Source: Lophium mytilinum
Taxonomy: Eukaryota
NCBI GenBank assembly: GCA_010093605.1
Contig: MU004183.1
Coordinates: 1,612,001 to 1,676,000 of the forward strand
Length of the DNA stretch: 64,000 nucleotides
Direction of reading: 5' to 3'
Shown: in pieces, positions 40,801 through 51,114 of the stretch
How positions within the stretch are numbered: the first letter of the stretch is position 1
Layout of the letters: each line of letters opens with the position of its first letter
The notes under the pieces: generated by a model
Told to the model about the DNA's origin: nothing
Database searches by the model: none
Seen by the model: the letters and a program-made list of their open reading frames with translations, nothing else
Program-made: the position numbers and the translations under genes

Positions 40801-43800
40801 GCAGGTGGCTCTCCGAAAACCAGCCTTTCCCTGGAAACAGATCGCAATCCCCAATTCCAGTGAAGTTGACCATCATCTTACTTGTGAGAAGGAGATGTGG
40901 TGGAAAGAGAACAAAGTGAGTCTCCAAAGGCCATTCGAATTAGTGTTGGTAAAGTTACCTGGTCGGGCAGTCCTCGCTCTGCACATCTTCCACGCGCTCT
41001 ACGATGGGGGCAGCTTGCCCATGCTTCTAGCCGCCCTCCTGAAAGAGTATTCAAATCTCGGAAGCGCTTCTTACGGGCCACCGTTTCAATCTGTTCTTCC
41101 CTTTGGGCCCCTTAGGAAATCTGAAGGTGCACAAAGCTTCTGGTCCAAGATTCTCTCAGCAGCTCAACACAGGCCATTCCCGTCCCTAGCTGCATCGTCA
41201 CAGATAGAAGATGTTGTAGTTACTAGAAACCTAGAGGGGCTTGACCGCTTCGAGGCCATCAGGCGGAAGCTTCAAGTTACTCACCAAGCAATTGCGCAAG
41301 CTTGTTGGGCAACGGTGATGCAAGCTCATGTCAAAGGTGCGGTCACGCTGGGCATAGTTGTTTCTGGAAGATCAATCGACTATGAGGGGGCAGAAAACAC
41401 GATCGGTCCATTATTCAACACTATCCCGTTCTACATTCAAGTCGAAAGGCCAGACACATGGGCGACTTTAGTCACGAGGTGTCATGACTTCAACACCGCG
41501 GCTGTACCATTTCAGCATACTCCATTGAGAGACGTTATGAAATGGAACAAAAGAACGTCGAAAGAGCCGCTCTTTGATACGCTATTCGTGTATCAGCGAG
41601 CTGATGGGGATAGTAGTACTTGGGCTCATAACCACCTTTGGGATGTGGTTGATGACGGTTCTACTGCTGACTATCCGCTTGCATTTGAAGTGGAGCAGAG
41701 TCAAGACGGGGCTTTGAAGCTTACAATAGTTGCCCAAGGGCATGTCCTCGACTATTCGAGTGCCTCCAGGTTGCTCGATGAGTTCGAAGCTACTTTGAAC
41801 TCGCTACTCACGAATGCGGAGTCCTTGATAGCAGATGCCCGCGGCGACATCTTCGATTCTTCCGATGCTGCTCTTCACCCATTCCAAGCTGATAGGCTTC
41901 CGGGGATACCTTCAGATCCAGATACAGCTTATGAGTGGGGACTACAAGCGTCCGCAATTCGAGACGAGATAGCAACACTGGCTGGCGTCGACACGGTCGA
42001 AATCAACGAGAGAACTTCGATTTTCGAGCTGGGTCTTGATAGTATTGATGCCATCAAGCTATCTTCTAGGCTGAGAAGACGTCAAATCGAGATTCCAGTC
42101 AGCTCGATCATGCGAAATCTGACTGTGTCGAGAATTGCACAACATATCCTAAGCGAACCGAGCAATAAGGCACCGTTGCATTCGGATGGAATGCAGCTTC
42201 AACTGCGAACATTGGAAGAAATCTTCCGGAAGAGCAGCCCCGGCAAACAAGCGGTCGATCATGTGCTTCCAGTAACTCCATTGCAAGAAGGTATGGTAGC
42301 GGAAATGCTGTCTTCCGACTTTACTAGGTATTTTAATCACGACACTCTCAAACTGGGCAGCAATGTCGACATCACGAAACTCAGAGACGCTTGGGACACC
42401 GTCTTTCAACAATCTCCAATTCTTCGAACCTCGTTGATGGAGATAGATGACCCAACTTTGGACTTCTCTTTTGCTCAGATCGCCTCACGATCTCCCGCGT
42501 TGCCTTGGGATGAGACTGAACTTGGGAACGAAAACCAAATAACGCAGCTCATCAATGACATCAGGAAAACAGCTGCGCGCTCGAAGTCTCCTACGAATCT
42601 TTTTCGGATCCATTTCGTGAAGTGCCCAGGGGCCTCTTACCTCGTGTTATCTCTCGCGCACGCATTATACGATGGATGGTCGCTCACCCTCTTGCATGAA
42701 GACGTTCGAAGGGCGTACTATGGCCAATACAAATCTCGACCCTCATATCGCAAGGTTCTAGAACAAACTTTGAACGCGTCGGGTCCAGAGGCGAATGGTT
42801 TTTGGCAAAGCTACCTCTCCGGCGCTGAATCGGTAACGTTCCCTCGAAAGGGGCCCTCGGAAAGTCAACCAGACCAGCAGCACCGACTAGAACGCACGAG
42901 CAAGATTCCACTTTCTCAGTTGATCTCCTTCAGCAAGAAATATGGGATCACTCTCCAGACAATCGGACAAGCCGTCTGGTCGTTAGTCCTTGCCTCATAC
43001 CTACACACACTCGAAGTCGTTTTCGGCTCCATCTTATCCGGAAGGGATAGTGAGCTAACGACGGATGTGCTGTTCCCAACGATGAATACCGTCGCCGTTC
43101 GTGTGTTTCTCCACGGAACTCGACTTGAGCTGCTTCGGGATGTGCAACACAACTTTGCGAGTATTCGACAATACCAACATTTTCCGTTACGTATCGCTCA
43201 AAGATTCGCTGCTTCGCCAGGGAAAGCTCTTTTGGACACTCTCTTTGTTTACCAAAAGAGCCCTGAAGCCACCCTAGACACACAGAAGCCGCTGTATGAG
43301 TCCATTGGTGGGTTGTCTGATGTCGAATATCCGGTGTGTACCGAGATGGAGATCGTGGGGAATGATCTGATTTGGCGCTGCGCTACGCACAACTCAGCTC
43401 TTGACGATGAAGGTGCTGCGGAGTTGCTAGACCGGCTCGATCTGGTATTGAGGAATGTTATGGAACATCCTAACCAGCCAGTTATCGACATTACGAGTAA
43501 CGAGACTAGCATCTGCGGGTTAGCACCGTACAAAACCCAAGACACATCGGCCCTCATGCCTGATCATGCCGAAGACGAAGAACCATCAAACACCACGTCT
43601 TCCGCATGGTCTGCTACCGAGTTGACTATTCGCGAAGTGCTCTCAGCCGTGTCGAATATACCCGAAGACGAGGTGTCGAAATCCATAACCATGTTCCATC
43701 TCGGTCTCGATTCAATCAGTGCCATTAAAGTGTCTTCTCTTCTTCGGAAACGATCGGTCAATCTGAGTGTAGGCGACATGCTTCGGGCAGCCACAGTGGA

Positions 43801-45304
43801 GAAAATGGCAAAGTTAGCCGATCAAAGGAAGCCAGATGCACCATTTTCCACCTCCGACACGGATGCTTTAATCTCTGCGGCCCTAGAACATCAAAACGTA
43901 CCTGCAGTACTCTCTCGAGCTGGCCTCTCCACCGATAGCTTCGAAAATATCCTTCCTGCTTCGGCTGGCCAGGTTTACATGCTTTGTAACTGGACGAACA
44001 CCCGCGGCACGCTGTTTTATCCGGGCTTTCAATATCGCGCCTTGGAATCTCTTACCGTAGCAATTCTGCATCGAGCATGGGACGAATTGGTCGCTCGAAA
44101 TCCACTGCTCCGGACCTCCTTCTTCGCCACACGAGATGTAGAGACTCCATTTCTACAGGGCGTCCTCCGAAACGCAACTTCTTCATTCCACGACATCTCC
44201 GACATTGAAGAAGCCAAAAGATCTCGCTACATTGAAGAGAACAGCACTTGCCAACCTTACGTTTTCCTCTTCGCTCAGCGGTCTGCGAATCACTGGCTTC
44301 TAACTCTCAAAATCCACCATGCTCTGTACGACGGCGTGAGCCTACCGATATTGATACACCAGCTTCAAGACCTCTGCAATGGCTCTGTAGCGCAGGCCCA
44401 CCAGAATTATGCATTCAAACGAGCACTGGCTATCAACTCTACCGAGGACGCTCGCAAAAAACGTCGATCCTTTTGGACTTCGTATCTGGAAGGCGCCTCA
44501 CTTAGACATCTCGCGCAACCTAGTAACGCGGCCTCGTCTCGGGTAGAAGTCTTCAAGCCCCGCCTGATCGAGAATGTCGGAAGCTTAGAGAGCCTGTCCA
44601 GGCAAGGTGGACTCAGCATCCAATCGCTTTTCTTGGCGGCATATGGCAAGATGTATTCCGCGCTGCTCCCTGGTACTCTGGACCCCAAGGACGAAGACCT
44701 TGTAATCGGGCTGTATCTCGCGAATCGCTCTCATGCAATTGAAGGCCTCCCCGATGGCGCCGCGCCGACAGTGAATTTGGTCCCTCTGCGGATCAAGACG
44801 CCGCAATTAACAAGCCTTTCAGACTCTGCCTTGCAGATACAGCATGATATACGGGAGATTGGCACCTTAGAGAACTCGGCGGTGGGGCTGTGGGAGATCT
44901 CGAAGTGGACTGGAGTTAGGATTGATACCTTTGTGAATTTTCTAAAGCTGCCTGCCGCGGACACCGAAGCTGCCAAACAACCTCTGGAAATTCAAGAAGC
45001 CAATGGAGGGGAGGAAGCGTGGAGTAGAACGGTGGACCACGCGGAGAAGGTGGAAGGCTTCGTTCTTGCGAAGGAGCTTCTAGACAACGTGGTCAGGGAA
45101 TCGTATTTGGTGAGTCTTGGATCTGCGCGAGAATACATCCATATGCTAACATTAGATTTCTAGCACACAATTGACGTGGAAGCCACTATCAGAAATGGCG
45201 CTTTGGATGTGGGCGTGTTTTGTCCGGTAGAGCTGTTGGGTATGGAGGGCGCAGGGAAAGTGATTGAAGATCTAAAGAGAGAGCTCATGAGTTTGCTTTC
45301 GTAG
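28847..45304 (+). CDS. NPS2: Ferrichrome-family (probably ferricrocin) siderophore NRPS, A-T-C x4 + T-C x2, ~5,416 aa, 5 exons
   Basis: Exons 28847-32936, 32995-38315, 38361-40386, 40437-45109 and 45164-45304 sum to 16,251 nt in frame. Four A domains (Y/FTSG(S/T)TG, YGP(T/S)E, Y(R/K)(T/S)GD, VK(L/I)RG), six GLDS thiolation motifs and six H(A/Y)(L/M)YD(G/A) condensation motifs. Divergent from sidA. Confidence 0.95.
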
Positions 45305-45572
45305 ATTCTTTCGTGGCGTTTGTATGTGGATAGACCATGCTTGTAATAGAGCGAGCGCTTGTTGTTTTTTGTAGATTTCCTAGATCGCCTTGACTTGTTC
45401 CGTTAGTAGAAACTTTTCCTTCGCCGACGATATGCTCGGATAGTAGTATAAGACCCTGTATTTGTGACCTTGACCTGTGTAAATGCTCATCTCAACGCAC
45501 CCCGCAGTCCTCATGTTCCGTCGTTTTGCCCTGAACGAGTCGCTCGCCGATAACTTCGCTCTTCATCATCGC

Positions 45573-46724
45573 CTAAGCCTTCAATCGCGTCCCTTGTAAA
45601 TCCTCGTGCGCGTCCTTGAGTAGAAAGCTAAAGCATGTCAGACTTTTGCCATGTACTCTGAAGAAGTATTTACTTACTTGTACCACCATATCGTAGGGCC
45701 AACAGTCCCTAGATGCCACAGACTATGCGCATCGACCATGCCCCACCAAGGTGGAAAGTCCAACAACTCCAAACTCATCGCCATAATTATCCACGCGACG
45801 ATCAGACCCGGCCACATCGCCCAAGTCCTATTCAACTTCTTGTACTGATTGTAACTGAACCAACTCCACATCAAGTTCTGCACGATTCCCACGGCCACAT
45901 TCGCCGCCATATTGTACGTGTAGTCCCAGCTCCAGAGCGAGAGATATAAGACATGCGCGGAGTAAAGCGAGAGACACAGCAGCGTCCACGCCCTCAACAC
46001 GCTCTGTTTAACGGGGTCACGCTTATCCAGGCGGAAGATGCGGATAGGCGCGTAGTACAGCCCATACATAACGCTAGCGCCCGCACCGAAGTAGTCCATC
46101 TTCTCCGTGAACGCAAAATCGCGTGTGTGGAAAAGCATGCTGAAGGTCCAGCTCGCCAGCCCGAAGTATCCGAACAGCAGGTAGTATTTACGCAGGGCGT
46201 AGGAGGCGGGCACTTCGCTCCGGAGCCGCGAAATGCCGTAATCGTGGGCGAGGTAGTTGAAGAGGGAGAAGATGACGCTGAAGGGTTCCTGCATGCCTAG
46301 GAAGCGGTAGAAGGGCCATTTACCGTGGAATTGGTAGATCGGCTGCATGTAGGGTGGGTCGCGCGCGAGCCGTGTGTCGGTCACGACGTGCTGGCATGTG
46401 TAGTCGCATTCGGACGGGCAGTCCCAGAGGAGGAGCCGGTGGTGGAGAGCTAGGAGGTTGTCGTATCAGCGCCAAATCGATCACTATGATACAGCAGCTG
46501 GAAACTCACATATAGGCGTCGGGTTATCTCCGCAGTTGGCTTCTTTGCAGACCTGTAGAACCAAGGTGAGCGCGTGCTATGCTTGGTGGATGTTGATGTC
46601 TCACCTTCACACATTCTTTGAATTCCGGCAGCCTGTCACCGAGAGAGGCTTGAGAGAGGCCAACAAATGAACACGCGGCGGTGAGAGCAATTAAATGCCA
46701 TCTTTGGTGCGATCGTAGCCTCAT
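45573..46724 (-). CDS. PER1: Per1-like GPI-anchor lipid remodelling protein, 4 exons
   Basis: Signal peptide followed by 'ASLGDRLPEFKECV', 'WDCPSECDYTCQH', 'QFHGKWPFYRFLGMQEPFS', 'FHTRD' and 'DFPPWWGMVDAHSLWH'. Confidence 0.95.
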
Positions 46725-47310
46725 CTTCGTGGCTAGAGTATCTCCATGAAGCTGGGGGATGGTGTGTTGTTTCAGGGCCCTGAGTCTCTCCCGCTTCCGC
46801 TCCGCAATTTCTTGGCACTCCCCAAAATGGGCACCTCAGATATAAGTTTCCGGTCGCAAGGGGTTTGTTGGTACTCAACTTTGCTGATTTTGTTTGACGG
46901 CCTGTAGTTGTTTTTTCGATCGTTCATGTTGAGATTTCGTCGGTTGCGAATAGTTCTGGCCTTGTCTTGTACCACCCAGCGGTCACTGATAGAAAGTTTT
47001 CATTCGCGAGCCTCAAAGAGCTCGGCTTCTGTGATCTTAGTGCTCCTTGAGATGGTCCTCAATAAGAAATTGCTGTGACTTGACCCTGGATTCCCCGTAA
47101 TGCCTGATGTACTACGGTGATGGCTCGTGCCCCGCTGAATTGCACTAATAATCAAAAAGAATATTACCAAACCGCCCCAAACGCAAAGCTGATGTTCTGG
47201 TATGATCTCTTAACGTAGAAATGCCAAATATACGCAAAAAAATTGGTGTTCCTCTCGCAAACCGAGCCGCGGTGGTTCACTGACGCTGGAGACCCTCCCA
47301 ACCCACCACC

Positions 47311-47316
47311 AAAAAA
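47311..47316 (-). terminator. RNA polymerase III oligo-T terminator of tRNA-Ala
   Basis: TTTTTT on the minus strand, 12 nt after the discriminator base. Confidence 0.75.
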
Positions 47317-47328
47317 TCAATCCTACTC

Positions 47329-47460
47329 TGGAGATATGGGGGATCGAACCCCAGACCTCCCGCAAGCTATATGCAAAGCGGGCGCTCTACCACTGAGCCT
47401 TGGCGCTTACGTCAGCTATTATATATGAAGATAGGCCACGGAGCCACTTACTATATCCCC
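47329..47460 (-). tRNA. tRNA-Ala(UGC) interrupted by a 53-nt spliceosomal-type intron (nt 9/10) and a 7-nt canonical intron (37/38)
   Basis: Spliced sequence GGGGATA-TA-GCTC-AGTGGTA-GAGC-G-CCCGC-TTTGCAT-GCGGG-AGGTC-TGGGG-TTCGATC-CCCCA-TATCTCC-A. All four stems pair, with G3:U70 and A73. B box GGTTCGATCC, T6 terminator downstream. Confidence 0.88.
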
Positions 47461-48284
47461 GAATTTCGATGGTTGCAAAAATTATTCAATATATATACCG
47501 TAAAAAAAGAACAGATCAAAACTCTGGGGTGGCGGTGAAAGCTCTCCTACACGTCATTGGCTATAGATCATTGAAACCGCCGCAGAAATTGCTTACAGGT
47601 ATAGTATAGGTTCCATGGGACCCACTCTCCAATGCGGGGTCTACAACGCCTTTTACAGCTTCCAACCCCACAAGGTAGGATACATAATCCGAAAAATCTA
47701 GTGCATTCTCTTTGAATGTACGCACATAACTCTACTCCATTAGAGCAGAATTGCTAAATGCTGTGGCATATGAAAATTCATGTTGGTTGCGGTTCGGACT
47801 ACTAAGCGAATGTCCCCCAACACCTCCCCGCTCCATCCCACGCCTCCGAACCGCCAGTTTCCCTCACCATAAGCACCCGATCATAAGGCAATAGGCCTTT
47901 CAAAAAGGCCGCGCTATTATGATTTCTGCTCGAATAGGACAAATCAATCACTGATTCGCTCACATTGTCCTTATCAACTCGCCCGCCCCCTTTTGCAATT
48001 AACTAGGATGTGCCGCCCAGCTGCAACATTTTTATATTCATCGTCTTCACCGGATACGAAGCTGACGGCCTCTACTCATCTAACAACCATGGTGATATTG
48101 GCCTTAGTATGACTTGCCCACGCAGCTACCATAAGCTTCAATTTGAGGGTTCCAAATTGCTTTTTTGCACATATTTTGCTGCCCGCGAAAGCCTCCTAGG
48201 CTTAAAGTGTTCTCAAAGCGGCGATGTCGTTGTGTACACTCTATAGATGAACCATGAGGACTTGACCTAGTTTTGAGCTTTGGA

Positions 48285-48700
48285 GAGCCTCCTGGCCGTT
48301 TGACCTAGAGATTGTGAGGGATATAGTTCGTCCGGCGCTCTAAGCTAGCCGCGTGGCGTTCGAATCAAGTTTACACCTTCAAGAGCCTCCTGGACGTATT
48401 GATATTGAAAAGCGAGTAATGTAAGTCTTTGCAAGTTTCAAATTTGCATCACAGAACTCGTTATTGTTTACGGTTTTTAGGGCCTCCCGGACGTATTAGA
48501 ACTAACTTTACGGAGGAATAATGTACAAGTTCCGCGTTTTAATATAGGACTTAGAAGCTGGTAGCTGCTCATAAAAGGTATAATCTTGTTAAGATCATGT
48601 AAATAACTTAGGAGTCAGGACTCGGAAATTGGTAGCTTCTTCATGCCCTTGAGAGGCTCCTGGGCGCATATCCTTCAATGGGCGAGCAACGAAATTGCGA
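48285..48700. repeat. Highly degenerate ~97-bp tandem repeat
   Basis: Core G(A/G)GCCTCC(T/C)GG(A/C)CGT(A/T)TT recurs at 48285, 48383 and 48480, with a weaker copy at 48653. Confidence 0.45.
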
Positions 48701-49507
48701 TCAAGGTGCAAGCAGACGATTTCTTACAGAATAGCGATACGAAAGGCCCGGCCTAGTCTGATATATTGCTGAGGCGTCCCTAGCAGCGTCTTTTTGCGGC
48801 ATCTTCATTGCAGCTGTGCAAACTCTACGGAGGCGTCAATCTGTGGGCTCAGCGCAGTGGTATTCAGCTTATATACTACTAGAGAACATGCTAACATTCT
48901 GCAATAGGTTCGTGATTCATAGCCATTCTCGCATTGTGATCTAGGCTGCTCCTTGAGCTGTTTCATTCACTCCTATTTGGCAAAGTTTGAAGTCCTCCAG
49001 GAGGATATGTGCCTGGAAAGTCATATCGAGATTCCAGCCAACACCGTAGCAAGCCAAACTTCGACGTTCTAGGTATAGGCACCGAAATTGAGATTCGTAA
49101 TTGTCAATGCCTTTGTACTCTCAGCCCGCATTTCCTTGCTCCATACCTGCTATAAGCGGCCAAAGCTTTTATCAACACAGGTCTATACAGGATCATGACA
49201 CAGAATCGTACACACCTCGAGATCAGAGTCATTTTAATCATGGTTTCATTAGTCTGAGTACAACTGCATTCATAATCAAGGTTATCCATTTCTCTCATCC
49301 TAGTCTTTAAAAATAGTCTTCCATAACAGAGCCGACGCATGATGTAAGATTACTACATGCAAGATCTAGGCCGAATGTTCAAAATGCTCATAAATACGAT
49401 GCGCCTTAATGCCCAAACTGAACTGGGGCCACCCTAAAGGAGTTCTAAAGTCTTTCAAGACGATACTCCACTTTGCAAATGCTCGCAAAAGAAAGAAAAT
49501 CTGAAAT

Positions 49508-51114
49508 CTACGCAATCTCGTACTTGCGCCTGAACATGCCGTCAACGTCAGTGAGGTAGTATGTACCAGGGAACAGGGTATCAGTGGCGCCCTTGGGCTT
49601 GTAGTCTTTTTGAAGGTGGGCCTTGCCGCGGAGGTTGCACATCTGTGGGTGGTGTTAGTCATGTGATGCTGGGAACAATAGTAAGAGTTTCAAAGAAAGA
49701 GAGCTTACCTCATCGTACACCTCCGGAGCGACAACACGTCGCGAGTCCAGGCGGCTCTGGATGTCAAGCGCCTTCGAGATTTCCTCTGTAGAGCCATTGA
49801 CCTTGAATGAAAACAAGGAGCTGGCAAGACCGCTGCCGTAGCTGAACATGCCAATGCGCTTGCCCTGGATGTCCTCGCTGCTGACATTGCTGATCAGGCT
49901 GCACAAGCTGCCGTACACGCTACCGCAGTACATGTTGCCGCACTGAGTGGGGACCTGGATGCTGGGCTGGACGCGGGCGGCGTACTTCTTCTTTGCGAGA
50001 CCCATAAAGACCTTCTCGACGGCCTTGTCAGTCACAGAGGCTGCGTAATCGAGACCAGACAGCTCCTTGGGAACCTCGGCGAAGATGGGGTCGGAGGGGT
50101 TGGTGAGATAGTCGTTGTACAACAGACGCGCGTAAGACTTATTCACCAGCTTGCAGTTTGGCGCATGGAAGCACATGTAGTCGAAACGATCGAGAGGAGT
50201 ACCGGCTGCGGAGTCACCGTTCGCATGACCGTTGGCTTGGCCCTTGACAACTGCTTCGCGGGCGTTGTACGCCTTGTAGCATGCGTCAACAGCCTCGATG
50301 TAGCAGCGGATGGAGAATTGCCCATCAACAATGGGGTACTCGCTCGTGAAGTCGGGCTTGTAGAAGTCGTAGACGTGGGTAATGTAGCTGCCACGGATGC
50401 CAGCATCCACTACAATGGGGGCGTCTGGGCCAACGAGCATAGCCACACAGCCAGCACCGCCAGTCGGGCGAGCATTGCCCTTCTTATACAGCGCAATGTC
50501 GCCAGTAACGACAATTGCGTTCCGGCCGTCCCAAGCAGACGACTCGAGCCAGTTCACAGTGTTGAAGAGGGCGTTGGTGCCGCCGTAGCAGGCATTCACG
50601 GTGTCCACACCCTCGACGTTGAAGTTTCCAGATTCCTCGAAAAGCTGCATCAACACCGACTTGACGGATTTTGACTTGTCGAGCAGGGTCTCGGTGCCGA
50701 CCTCGAGGCGGCCAATGGTCTTCAGGTCGATATTGTACTTCTTTATGAGAGAAGAGAGCGCGGTGAGGGCTAGCGAGTAGATGTCTGTGCAGAAGAGGCC
50801 CGTTAGCACGCATTCTCCCCACTGCGGCCCTGGCTCGCAGCGAACACTGGGTAGGAGCTCTCACCTTCCCGGTCGTCGCAGAAGCTCATCTTCGTCTGGC
50901 CCAGGCCAATGGTGTACTTTCCGGTGCTAACGCCATCGAACTTCTCGAGCTCGGCTTGGTCGACGCACTGCAACCGCGGTTAGAGTCGTCGTTGCCAGAG
51001 GGGCGCAGCACTCGTGCTCGTGCGTCTAGGAGGGGCAGGGGACGGCACACGTACCTGGCTGGGAAAGTAGAGCTCGAGGGCCTTGATGCCGATGTTGGAG
51101 GGTCGCGCGGCCAT
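49508..51114 (-). CDS. ERG13: Hydroxymethylglutaryl-CoA synthase, 4 exons
   Basis: [20 protein letters not shown], '[19 protein letters not shown]', catalytic 'NACYGGT', '[10 protein letters not shown]' and '[10 protein letters not shown]'. Confidence 0.96.

Noticed and set aside
47329..47398. Simple call as a 5'-truncated tRNA-Ala pseudogene
   Set aside because: The missing 5' acceptor strand GGGGATATA is present 53 nt upstream and pairs fully, including G3:U70.
48285..48700. CRISPR-like regularly spaced repeats
   Set aside because: Eukaryotic context, degenerate repeats, spacers that resemble each other and no cas genes.
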